Program-made: the position numbers and the translations under genes
The notes under the pieces: model-generated
Database searches by the model: none
Told to the model about the DNA's origin: nothing
The model's input: only the letters and a program-made list of their open reading frames with translations
Shown here: positions 1 to 12,289 of the stretch, piece by piece
How the letters are laid out: every line of letters begins with the position of its first letter
Numbering within the stretch: position 1 is the first letter of the stretch
Source of the DNA: Reclinomonas americana ATCC 50394
Lineage: Eukaryota
Assembly: GCA_048213135.1 (NCBI GenBank)
Contig: PS015059.1
Coordinates: forward strand, 150,511 to 214,510
Length of the DNA: 64,000 bases
Reading direction: 5' to 3'

Positions 1-164
1 CTCTCTCTCTCTCTCTCCTCGTGTGTGTGTTTCTCACTCTTGATATATTCGTTCACTGCATTCATGCGCTTTGTTGGTGCCGGCGTGGGGCACATTCTCT
101 TCTTTGGTTCCTGCATGCATGCTGCTAGCGCTCGAGGACAACGCGAGAGGGCAGCTTCACGTAG

Positions 165-520
165 AGCGGGAAATGCCGTTGCCCGGAACTCGGAAATAGA
201 AAAGGATTCGCGCGCGCGCGAAAAAAAAAACTCCTCATTTTCTTTTTTCGCTTTCGTGTGAGAGAGAAAAGACAATGCGCGCGCACACTCTCTTGGCAGC
301 CGCTGTGCTGCTGCTGCTTGCGACTCTCACGCTGGTGCACGCAGACCCTGCGCAGAGCGTGAACGAGCAGCTCAGCATGGATTCTGTGCGTGTGGTTTTT
401 GTGTTGTGATCTTCAGTTTTCGCGCGTTTTTCTCACTCACTCTCACCCTTTCTCCCTCTCCTTCCCCCTCTCTCTCAGGTGGAGGACTTTGTCCAGGCGC
501 TTGCCGTGACTCCTGTTGCT
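165..520 (+). repeat. Direct repeat copy 1 (upstream region, exon 1, intron 1 and start of exon 2); copy 2 at ~2071-2430
   Basis: Near-identical nucleotide alignment by eye, including the non-coding upstream and intron sequence. Confidence 0.85.
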
Positions 521-1688
521 CCTGAAGTCCACGTGTTCGAGTCGGAAGGCTCCATGGACATCGGCTTGATCACTTGTGAAGTTTTGCTGCCGCCCGGCTA
601 CGTCCTCCTCAGCGGAGGCGTGCAGGTCACTCGATCTACCGTTTGCCCCGCCACCAACAAATTCGGCATCACCAGCAGCTCTCCGAATGCTACCAACACT
701 GGGTGGATCGGGCGGGCCAAGGTCGTTGACGGCACGGTGAGTCAGAAGTAACTGTGATGCGATCATGCACACGAGAGCTCTGTGTCTCACACAGCACGAA
801 CGTCTTCTCTCTTTCTCCCTCTCAGGCAGTAGGAATCCCAGCATGTCACGCTGCCTTGCGGTGCACCGTGAACGCACTCTACGACCCCAGAGGAGTGTTG
901 TATACCACGACCGTCACAGGGTCGGCAAGCATCACTGCTCGCGGTAGCGCTGGTGTGGCGGGCAGCACCGTGCGTCGACGTCGCGATTGCGTCACCTCCG
1001 GGTTTCTTGCACCTGAAACTTTGCCTCGCAGAGCACCTTGGCCGCAACTCCACCGGCTGGTTTTGCAGGTGTGATCACCGGCGGCGGCGTCAACGCATCC
1101 AATACAAGATCGACGGCGTACACGGCAAACTGCCACATTCTCGGATCCGTTCCGCGGATGAATGGAAACACCGTGACGGGGTGGCAGGGAACGGTCTCCC
1201 TGACTGCGCGCGGCGCATTTGTTGCGTGTGCATGCATGCTCATGACCAGACTCAACAAGATAATTTGTCGCTGACATGTATACACACAACAGGCGGACTG
1301 TCAGTACCAGGTGTTCGTCATCACTGTGCGCAGTAAGCTGTCGAATCGAGTGCTGCAGACCACCGTCGCGTCCACTCAGGCCTTGACCAGCTATAGCACC
1401 ATTGCCGCCCCGGTGGGCATCACCGGTGTGCCGGATGGTTTCAGCGCCGTCGGCGGTGGCGCTGTTCTTGCCACCGTGTACGGAACGACCGCCATCAGCT
1501 GGTGTACCACATTGGCAGCCACATACGGAGCTTACTTCACCACCGTTGGCACCATCACCTTTGATGCGACCGCTGAACCATTCCAATTGATGGTGTTCAA
1601 CACGGTCGCCAACCTCGATTCGTGCGACCTGTCGCGGGTGCGGTTGACCTCGTTCACTTTGGGCATGCGAGTTCAGGTGACCATCTGA
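275..1688 (+). CDS. Secreted protein of unknown function, paralog A (5 exons; signal peptide; three PxG[YF]xxxxGG repeats)
   Basis: ATG 275 MRAHTLLAAAVLLLLATLTLVHA; GT-AG introns with donors at 386, 737, ~970, 1221 join ORF pieces 479-, 826-, 1032-, 1293-1688 in frame; same exon structure as paralog B. Confidence 0.8.
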
Positions 1689-2070
1689 GGAGTGCTCGAG
1701 GCTTGCGGGGTGCGTTCCGAATGAACTCGATGCTGTTCTCAGTCGATTGCGATCGATATCAATGATCATGACATCTTTCTTGTTCGTCGAACAATCACTC
1801 TAGATCTTCCACTCTGCGCATGATGTGTGAGTGCGCTGCGCCAATGCGTGTGGCACCACGGCCAAAAAAATAATAGAAAACTTCACTGATCCATACACAA
1901 CAATGAGCATCTACCAGTGATCGCCGGCGCCAGCATGCGCAATTGCAAGTCGAGTTTGTCGTTCTCGCTTCTTGCAAACGCGTGCACATGCATGCGTCAG
2001 AGAAGTCGAATGCGGAGATCTGCACATGTGTGCACGCTTCCCACGCGCGTCTTTGCTTCCTCGAGGTCAA

Positions 2071-2430
2071 GAGCGGGAAAAGCCGTTGCGGAAACTCGGA
2101 AATAGAAAGGGATTCGCGCGCGCGAAAAAAATCTCGTCATTTTCTTTTTTCGCTTTTGTGTGAGAGAGAAAAGGCAATGCGCGCGCACACTCTCTTGGCA
2201 GCCGCCGTGCTGGTGTTGCTTGCAACCCTCACGCTGGTGCACGCAGACCCTGCGCAGAGCATGAACGAGCAGCTCAGCATGGACCCTGTTGCGTTTGGTT
2301 TTTTGTGTCGTGGTCACTAGTTTTCGCGCGTTTTTCTCACTCTCACGCTCTCTCTCTCTCCTTCCCCCTCTCTCTCAGGTGGAAAATTTTGTCGAGGCAC
2401 TGGGAGTGACACCTGTTGCTCCTGTGGTGA
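2071..2430 (+). repeat. Direct repeat copy 2 of 165-520
   Basis: gagcgggaaa...ctcggaaatagaaa...attcgcgcgcg...atgcgcgcgcacactctcttggcagcc shared with copy 1. Confidence 0.85.
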
Positions 2431-3575
2431 CCACATTCGAGACGAGGATCACCTGTGGCCAAAGTCTTCCATTCTGCCCCTGCTCCGCGACATTGCCGTC
2501 TGGCTACGCGCTCGTTGGTGGCGGCGCTGAGATCATCGCCACTTCGGATTATGCATGCACCGGCCCACGCCAGCCCGCCTTGACGCAAAGTACTCCTGAT
2601 ATATTTTCCAAGCAAAGCTGGAATGCAATGGCTGCGGTGAGTCAAGAACATGGTAATCTCCACGCAGAGCAGCGCTCTTCTCACGCAGATGTCTCTCGCT
2701 CTCTCCGCGCCCAGACCACGTCTGGATCGTGCGTATATACTTTCCGGTGCTTCGCAAATGGTGTTCGCAACCCAGGAGGACAGCTGTACGATGTGACCAT
2801 TACAGCGTCGGCCGGCTACGGCGCACGAGGCAGCACCAGGGCGTCAACCATGCTGCTTACTGTGCGTCGCGGTGACACCGCACTCTGATCTTTGATTTCA
2901 CTTAGTGCTGACGCGCGTGTGCATGATGCGTCGCAGCAATCGATTTCCGTGACCGCTGCTGCTGGATCAGGTGTCGTCACGGGCGGTGGCATCAACACTG
3001 GCAGTCGTGGGACATCGGGCTATCCCGGTCAGTGCTACCTTGCCGAGTCAGCCCCCGTAAACAATGGATGGAGGGCAACCATCGCGTTGACCGCAGGAGG
3101 CCTTGTTACGTGTGCAGTCGATGCATTGCTCGTTTCGGTGACGCGGTGCACTCACCAACCCTGTGTGTTGTGATCGCTGTAGGCCGATTGCGGTTTCACG
3201 GTGTACGTCATCTCCCTCCGCAGTCGCCTGCCAAATCGCGTGCTGGAGATTGTTCGAGTCAACGATCGCACTCTGTCCACCCTCCCCGAATTTACCGTGC
3301 CCACCGGGTTCATCGGCGTGCCGGACGGCTACAGCATCACCAGCGGTGGTGCGTCTGTAGCCGTCACTTACGGAACCGCTGAAGACAGCTGGTGCCGAGA
3401 TCGGGTGTCCTCTCGGGGGACTTTGCTCTATACACTGGGCGCGTTTACCCTTGAAGCCGCGGAGCCGTTCCGGCGCACGTCGTACAGCGCGCTTGCCAAC
3501 CGTGATCAGTGCGACTTCTCCAAGGTGAAACTGGTCTCGTTCGCGATTGGCCTGCGAATTCAGGTGACGATCTGA
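2177..3575 (+). CDS. Secreted protein of unknown function, paralog B (5 exons)
   Basis: Near-identical signal-peptide exon to paralog A, same intron positions, shared C-terminus (G[ML]R[VI]QVTI*). Confidence 0.8.
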
Positions 3576-3919
3576 GCGATGGTAGTCGACGATCATTCTC
3601 GAATGAAGTCCTTCGTGTCATCATCGTCGACGTCAAGTTCGCAGCGCCCAAGGGTTGAATTGGACGGGGGGTCAAGTTCCAGAGAATAGGATGTCGACGG
3701 TCGATGTTCTCTTCCATCACCTCTGCGATGTCTCGATGGCGACCGTCATGCATGTGTTATTGGGGCGGGGCAGATGAACTCGCTCGGGGTAGGTGGGTTG
3801 CCCGGTTTGTCCGCTTTGTCGTGTTTTGACAGGATATTTGGCATAAAAAGATGCAAAATCGACAGCGTTCACCATTCGTCTTTTTCATCTCTCTCTCTGA
3901 GCCGGAGTAACTTCAACCC

Positions 3920-6900
3920 ATGGATCGCAAGCGCCGAGGAACCAAGCGGAGCTCCCGCGATGTCGACAGTGAGGACGACGACCATCTCTTCCCGGCACCG
4001 GATCCGGATACCGGCGCAGACTTGCCCTTGGACGGCCAGCCCGAGAAGAAGCGACGCAACGCCCGCCCATCGCTGAACAAGCGAGGCGATGGCGAGGTCA
4101 CCGACGGCGGGCGTGCGGCGGCGGAGCCGACGAGTCAGCGATCGCGATCACGAGCCCAGCGCCGCATGGCGCGCCACGCCTACACCACGGACATGTACGG
4201 TGCAAGTGGCTCCGGTGTCGGCGGTGACGTCGAGGATCCCGAGACCACTGCGACGCGCAAGCTCCCCGAGTTCGACCGGTGGTGGTCGTCCACCATTCTG
4301 CCGCATATCAGCAAGTCGGACGAGGACATCGACGAGGACGACGAGGCGTCGTCGTCAGCGTCACAGGCAGCCGACTACGTGCGTGCACAAGAAGTAATTC
4401 TTCCACTGCGCGTCATGCTGCTGTTTGCTGACACACTCATATACATGCAGCTGCTGACTCCGCTGCAAGTCGAGTTCCTGAGAACGATGGTTCACAACTT
4501 TGTGCGGCAGCGATGCGGCGACAACAAGCAACACCACTCAGTGCCGCAACTTCGCATCGGTTGCTTGCCCACCGGTGAAGGCAAGACGCACATGATCCCG
4601 GCTGTGGTGTTTGTGATGCACGAGCTCATGCAGTGGCTCGAATTCCGTGCGTTGTCTCTGTCGTTCGATGTGTTCGTGTTTCAATATGTGTGTGCTCACC
4701 TGCCAGCGAACGCATCTGCATGCAGCGGACCATCACGGGCGGCGTTCGATTCTCGTGGTGGCCAAGTTGAAGAACGAGGCCTCTGCCATTCGCGAGCGCT
4801 TGCTGCGGGCGTTCGGGAACCTCTATGCCTCGAAGAAGAGCGGCAAGTCGGCTGTGCGGCAGAACACTCTCGGCCGCGGTGCCATCTTCGTCGGCAGCAC
4901 CTGCAGCGATAACCAGACAACTTTCAACGTTTGTCGCGAGTACGGAAGCGGTGTGTTCAATGGCAGCGCCGTGGCGCGCTGGACTGGAGCGAAGACATTC
5001 GTGGCCGTCACCTCCAACCGCTCGACTTCGCACATTGTCGAAGCCATTCACGGCCCTCCCAAGCTGTTGCCCACCGATCCGGAGTTCTCTTCCAGTTGCG
5101 CTGCATTCCCACTGCACTGCATCATTGCGGACGAGTTGCATCTGGCCGCGACCTTGAAGAAGTCATACACTGCGGAGAAGGATGTTACGTATTACTTATG
5201 TGTGCCCCTCACCGAGAATATCAGTGCGATACTCACTTTGTACGCATTATTCTGGTACAGCCGCTCTGGGGCATTGCAACCGAGAAGGGTCGCCGGTGGG
5301 CACAGCCCGGTGGCGATGCGCGGGAGCGGTTCACGTCACAGTTCGCGATGATCGGCCTCACCGCCACTCCGGGATCGATCGCTCCGACGTTCATCAACAA
5401 GGTGTTTTCGACCTCTGGCGACTTCCAGAAGCGCTTCGTGGACAAGCTCCCGCGGACGCAGGAGTCACTCCTGCAAGGCGAGCTTCGCCATTACGGACCG
5501 AACCGTGGCATCCGTCAGGTGTCGCAGTCGGTGACGATGCTGGTCGATGGATCAGTTGAGGCCGGCAGCCGTCTGCTCGACCACCTGGCCGAGGCGCACA
5601 GGCGTCGGAGCACTCACATTGCGAACCGTGGTCTCGTGACTGTCGACGACGACGATGACAGTCCACCGCCGGTGCGTGAGTGCGAAGTGGCTGCCACGGT
5701 AAGTCCAGCTGTCCAAGTAGTTCCCCCATGTGCTCCTCCTGCTGATACCGACAACGGTGCTCTGCTACCACAGCACGCGGCATACGGATTGTCTGGACTT
5801 CCGATGGCCAGCATTGACAGCGCGGTTGGTGTCGTCTGTGCCCTGGTCCGCGATCGCCTTGCGGATGGGGACCTTGCTCGCGGGTCTGGCCACGCCGCTG
5901 CTGCCGACATTGACGACAGCGATGCGATGAGCGTGGACTCTGCTGGTTCCAGTTCTGGCCCTTCAGGCGCAAGCGCAAGCGCTGCTGCCGATGTCGCCAT
6001 GCACGTGCCGGCTGTCATCCGAGGCAACACCGATATGGATGACTGCTCAAGCGAGGCAGCCGACGACGGCGAGTGCCTTCCGGGCAGGTCAGGCACTGCA
6101 GTCCAAGCCGGCATGTCGTTAATGGTACGCACTGCAAGATTACTGCACGATTGCAGTCGTGTATGTTCCGGCGCACTTCACTCACCACATGCGCTCGTGC
6201 GCAGCTCGAGGCCGCAGCCCTGTTGGCTCGTGCTCGCGACATGGACATCAGCGGTTGCGGCGACGACGAGGGCTTCCCGCAGTTTGCTATTGCCCTTCCA
6301 CCTCGAGCCGCTGAAAGAGCGAGTGAGGAGCCGTCGGTTCGCGTTGTTCGGCTGGACCTGGGCGGCCTGGCTTCGATGCGGCCTTCTCATGCACTGTCCA
6401 ACATGGCATTCGGCACAGGCGCCGACCGTGTGGAGTGCAAGACTGAGCACGCACCCGTCTCGAGCTTGACTGGCAAGCAGGGAACTTCTCCGTCGTGCCT
6501 CCTCTCACAGATTCTTGTGTGGGAAGCCGAGAAGTACCGGCAGGGTCAACCTGAGGCTGGCTACTGGGGTACTTTGCGCAACGGCCATCGGCTTCCAACG
6601 TGGCCGCACGCCATGGCAACACTGGTGGCGCTACTTGCCATGCGAGTGGACGACCAGACACAGCTCGTGTGTAACGACTACTGCCTGTGGTGCCACGGAG
6701 AGGTGAGCTACAACACGGTGATCGCCGACGGCTACGTTCGTGCCGAGGTCGCGGCCGACCGGGACGAACGTGCACTCTTGCACAATGCGGACCAGCTGGC
6801 CATGGACAGCGGACTCCTCGACAATCTGGGGGCGGCATGCACGATGGCCGGCCTGCATGATGATGAGGTGCGGGCTCTCATCGGCTGCGACGCTGCCGAC

Positions 6901-7929
6901 GCGAGTGGCGAGCTGGAAGACAGATGGCTGCAAGTCTTCCAGAGGCACATGTGCCTGATCGACTTGTTCCAGCATCCGCTGAAGAAGCTTGTACGCTCGC
7001 TGACGGGGAGGCCGGCGGGCTGCCCCGCACCTGTGGAGGACGACATTGAGGTTGACGTGACGCAGCTCGGCGAACTGTGCTTGCAGCCGGTAGCGGCCGG
7101 CGTTGACATTGCCCGCTGGAGCTTGCACACGGCCATCATGAGCTCGCCGGAGTTGCTGCCAGTGCTGGAGCTGTTGCTGCTGGCGCAGGGTGTGCGCCGC
7201 GACAACATTTTCACGGCACCGACGGCAAACGAGATGGCGGTTCCAGTGACCCGCTTCAACGAGCTCGCCACCCGTCAGAACGTGCGGTACACGCGCCGCC
7301 GAGACGAGCTCTGCTTCATCCTCATCCCGTTCACCACCAAGACCGTGACGGGAACTGACTTGTACGGCGCTGGTCGACTCGTGATGGTTTTCTGCGAGGT
7401 CGGCGACGACATGAGGATCCAAGCAGAGGGGCGCATCAATCGCCCATACAACAACCCCTCGTCGGTGCTGCAGACGGTTCGAGTGCAGTACAAGGCAAGT
7501 GACGATCCCGGAACGCGCAGCCGCAGGCAGGTGCAGCCAGCGGCCCTGGACGCACTGTGGCGTGGCAGCGCAAGGAGTGCCGGCCTGAATCGAGTGATCG
7601 ACCAGGAACAACAGGACACGTTGCTCGGTCGGTTCCTCAACCAAGACGAGTGGATAGCTCTACTGATGGCACGCCAGCAGGCTGAGAAGCAGGCAGGCCG
7701 GCAGCAGGTAGCCAAAAGGAAACTGGCGGCTCTATTCGGCACTCAGGAGCTACGAGCGAGGGCAGCGGGCGATCGGCAGCAACGAGCAGGCGGCTCACGA
7801 TCACGAGCGGCGGCCCGCGAGGATGAGGACGAGGACGAGGATGGAGAGATGGACGCGAAGAAGAAGAAGAAGACCAAGGGCGGCAAGAAGAAGGGGAGCA
7901 AGCCAAAGAAGGCAGCGGGTCGCAAGTAG
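3920..7929 (+). CDS. Divergent superfamily 2 (DExH) helicase/ATPase with long insert between the RecA domains
   Basis: Spliced product has motif I LPTGEGKT, II IIADELH, III GLTATP, V VTGTDL, VI QAEGRINRP; basic NLS-like termini; 4-5 GT-AG introns. Confidence 0.75.
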
Positions 7930-8090
7930 GAAGTGTTACCACGGAGAATGAACGTAACCGAGAAAAGAGAAAAAAGGCAGCGATTTTACAGACGAACACC
8001 TCACTCACAAAAAACAACGCGCTAAAGAAGAAAAGAACTCGACGGCGGCGAAGAAACTTGACAAGAGAAAAAAGTGAGCACGCGCGAGAG

Positions 8091-8121
<31 letters not shown>

Positions 8122-8284
8122 GCGACTTGTCGACCGAAGTGTGCAAGTCACTTGATGAGGCAATCGAGTGATCGAGGTCGACGGTCGGTCGCAAGAACCT
8201 ACGCAACATCCAGGACACGCAAGGGGGCCAACACATTCATCAGTGATATCAGAGCACACGCACACACACACATTCCCTCTCTCT

Positions 8285-8546
8285 TTAACAGAAAACTAAC
8301 CGCGTCGAGTCAAACATCTTGAATGCGAGGTCCGACTTGGACTTCCATTCTGTCTCCAGGCACACCAGTTCCGTGTACCACGCCGTGTGCTCCAGCAGAA
8401 CGCAGCGCACGAAGAAGCAGATGGCCAGATAGCCCTTGGTGACCACTTGGCCCACAAACTGCACGGCTGGCAGTCCGTTCCAGTCCACTGCGGTCTCCGC
8501 GTTGAAGGTAACGTTGTCTGGCGCATAAATGTGAGTCGAGTGGATC

Positions 8547-8615
<69 letters not shown>

Positions 8616-8855
8616 CGACGAAGAAGAGAGTACGTACGACACGACGTCGTACGGTACGTACGTTACGTTACGTACGTAACTAACCTTCCTTCCTTCTTCT
8701 CTCCTCCTCCCTCCCCTTCCCCCNNNNNNNNNNNNNNNNNNNNCGAGACCGTTCCGTACGTCCGTACCTACGCGGTCGTCCGTCCGTCGTACGGTAACGG
8801 TTAACGGTTACGTTCGGTCGGCGCTAAATAAGTAGTAGTACGACGTAGGAGACGT

Positions 8856-8923
<68 letters not shown>

Positions 8924-11468
8924 CGCGAGAAAGAGAGATCGATCACGCTGCGGATCTTAGTGTACAAATACTCCCTCTTTCTCTCTCTCTCTCCCCCTCC
9001 CTCCCGCTTCTCACCCTCCGGCATTCGTCGTCGCAGACTGTTCTGCGCGTGCGTCACGATGTCGCTCAACGTGCGCATTCGCTTACGTGGCAACGTGTGC
9101 ACAAACAGTTGCGCGCTGAGGTCGCTGATGGAACCAGTGCGGTAGGTCTCAATAAAGGTGAACCAAGCGGTCGACAGGTTCTGATCGTTGAATGGGCGCC
9201 AGTTGGACGGCAGCTCAATGTGGAAGCCGGTGTCGGTGCTTTCGAACTTGAGGATGACTGGGGAGTGAGGAAGAACGAGAGGGGAGTGAGGAGGATAAAC
9301 ACCGACAGAATAGAATGTAAGAGAAACGCGACACGACCGAGAGATAAAATCAATGCGAAAGGAGAGGGACGCGCTCCAACTGTGAACCAACTCCCTCACT
9401 TCGGCTGCGCACTCACTTTCTGACGGTCGCGGATCGACAATCAGCGGCACGGCATCATATGGCGCAGGTCGGAATGACTGCAGCACATAATTGACCACCT
9501 CCTCGTACTCGTCCTTGTCGTCCAGTCCGTATGTGCAGTTGAATACATACGCGCTGTCCTCCTTGTGTGGTACAGGCACCACCACCTGACACACGACAAT
9601 GTGTTGAGCCGTTGAGTTACACAGTACCAACGCGAACAGGCAAACCTGAATCACGACACGATCCAGTCCGGGAGCCACGTGCTCCACACCCGAGTTGCGC
9701 AGCGCCCGTACCATGACATCATCGTCTACACGCCCGCGCATCGATCAGTCTATCGTACGTGTTTTTCTCGCCTGCAGTGCAGTGCAGCGTAGCCCACCCA
9801 CCTCCCATCTTCACCGGCTCCATCCGCTCCGTAAAATCGCAATCCATGTTGCGCATCATGGTCTCCGCCAACTCCTCCAGACCGACGACGTGATTCGCCA
9901 CTCGCAAATCGATTGTCATGTGCAACCTGTGCACAACCAATAGTAATCGTGAGAACACTGAGCAAGGCGCGACGTCTTCCCCCACTTATCAACTCACCTT
10001 GGATCCGTGTTGGGATCCTCACGGAACAGATGCAGCAACATATCGGGCACCACACGAATGCGGTGCACCAGTGTGGCTGGCCACTGCAGCTCGCAGCGGT
10101 ACTCGGGATCCTCGTAGCGGAACACCTTGCTGAAATCGACACGAATGGGTGCGTCCGTCACAATCACTGTCTCGCAGGCGCGATGGAAATCCTGCACCAG
10201 CGCATCCTTGTTTGGCACTGCACCAGTCGACATCACCAGCAGCAGGGAGAGCCACTTGCGAGCGTGCACGCACAGCAGTGTCCACTGCCGCGCCGGTTGC
10301 CGTCGACCGTCCGAGTAGTTCATCACCATGTCTTGGCACATGAGCATGGCTGGGACGCCGTTGGGCAGCGTCAGGCGGCGCTCAGGGCCCACCAGTGGGT
10401 GGCACTCGGCCATCTGCTGCTTGGCGTCCTCCAGCGTGAACGAGTCGGCGCACTTCTCCATGGTGAACAGCACCTGGGCGTCGCGTGCAGGCAAGAGTGA
10501 GGAAAGAGAGGAGGGAGAGGGAGAGGGAGAGGGAGATAGGGAAAGGCTGTCCACACACACGCACACAGAAGAGAACAAGCCCTTCCCATGATGTTTTTGA
10601 CGACAAACCATGGGTCGCTCTCGCTTCTTGAGCTTGGGCACGGGGATGCGGAACTGCACCGGCACGTTGACACGGGGCTTGCGCTCCTCAATCCACGACG
10701 CTGGTCGCACAAACGAGAAGCCGGCAAGGTCGTACGAGAACGCCACAGTCCCACTGACCGCCGCCGCCGCCACCGACCGCGCAGCAACAGGTGACGAGGC
10801 CTTTGCCGGAGCAGCAACTGGAGCAACAGGAGCAGCAACAGGAGCAGCAGTGGCCACTGGCGACGACGATGACGATGCCTGCGAGCTGGGCGACACCAAC
10901 GCAGCAACATGCGCGGCACCTGTGAGCGAGTGAGTGTGAGTCTTTCTCTTTTTTGCTGGTGGTCATTTCACGCGCCATGCCACTCACCGTTCGCCGCCCT
11001 CGGCAGTACCACCACTGACGGCGCCTCGGTGCCCACATCCACCGGCGCCAAGTGCAACGCATCGCCCACCGGCGGCGACAGCGCCGAGGCCCACGGTTGC
11101 GGCTCTGTCACCTCTGCCATTGCTCGTGCCGACGGCAACAACGCATCGTGCTCCTCCTCTGCCGCCGCCGCCGCCTCCTCATGCACAGTCGCAAACAGAC
11201 GACGACTGCTATCCTCTGCCTCTGCCTCTTCTTCCTCTTCTTCTTCCTCATCATCATGCGCAGTCACTGTTGTTGTTGTTGTGGTGGTGGAAGTTGTCGT
11301 CGTCGTCGGCGATGCTGGTGAGGAGGCAAAGTGTGCGAGCAAACCGAGACCAAACACGGTGGCTACGGCACCGGCGCCCACTGCCACCAGCTGCTCATCA
11401 GAGGCCTCGTCCACGCGCTTGTCGAGCCACGAGCCAGCCCGCTCAATCAGCGATCCCAGGTACTCCAT
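8285..11468 (-). CDS. N-terminally anchored protein with three tandem PsbP/Mog1-like domains
   Basis: Hydrophobic segment LVAVGAGAVATVFGLGLLAHF, low-complexity linker, then three units starting FSFVRPASW, CELQWPATL, FHIELPSNW; exons join in frame; last intron contains an N gap. Confidence 0.55.
8550..8612. repeat. (CA)n microsatellite, intronic
   Basis: Direct observation. Confidence 0.95.
8724..8743. other. Assembly gap (20 N)
   Basis: Run of n. Confidence 1.
8860..8921. repeat. (CA)n microsatellite, intronic
   Basis: Direct observation. Confidence 0.95.
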
Positions 11469-11552
11469 CGCAACGAAGGCGCGAAATCACTGTCTGTCCC
11501 ACGAAGGACAACTCGCAACTCCAGTCTGTGCGTGTGTGCGTGTGTGTGACGA

Positions 11553-12235
11553 ATGGGCGATCGACGCGCGTCGTATGGTGGTGGCGGTGCACCAGCGTCC
11601 TCGGGCGCACGCGCAGGCAGTCGCTTCTCTGCGCGCCATGACGCCGCGCATGTCCCCGCCGCCACTGCGCCGCCTCCTCCTCCTCCTCCACCGCCGCCTT
11701 ATGGAGCTGGACCGTATGGTCCTGCGCCGCCTGTGCCACCACCCCCACCACCAGGCGCGTACTATCAACATGCATATCATCATCAGCATCATCAGGCGCC
11801 TCCACCACCGCCACCACCTCCACCGCCACACATGCACGGCTACGGTGGTGCTGATGTTGCGTGCTGCGTGTGTATGTGTGTATCTTTGTGTGTCTTTGCA
11901 CTCATGTGATGCAGCAGCAATGGAATGGTGGCTACGGGTATCCACCGCCTCCACCACCGCCACCGCCGCCTGGCTACGGCTATCCGCAGCATGCGCATCC
12001 TCCACCGCCTCCGACACTGGCGCCGCCGCCGCCGCCACATCAGCCGCCGCCTACGATGAGCGAGGCGGCGCTGCGACGCGAGGCGGAGAGAAAGGCGCGT
12101 GAGATGGAGCTCATGGATAGCGCGAGGGCGCCGGTGGCGTTGGGCTTGGTGCGCGACCCGGGCGAGTTGGACTTTAATGTGGCCATGGAGCCGGCCAGAC
12201 CTGCGATCTCTCCGTTTGAGTTGGCCAAGCAGCAA

Positions 12236-12289
<54 letters not shown>

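Noticed and set aside
3920-7929. Intact transposon or endogenous virus around the helicase
   Set aside because: No terminal repeats, target-site duplication, integrase, polymerase or capsid gene visible.
8613-8860. Odd TACG/CGTA-rich quasi-palindromic sequence flanking the gap
   Set aside because: It follows long (CA)n runs at contig ends and cycles through T-A-C-G, as expected of degraded pyrosequencing read ends; likely artefact.
10909-12102. 397-aa ORF and the many other overlapping or antisense ORFs in the track
   Set aside because: Shadow frames of GC-rich, low-complexity exons and microsatellite introns; no recognisable motifs.
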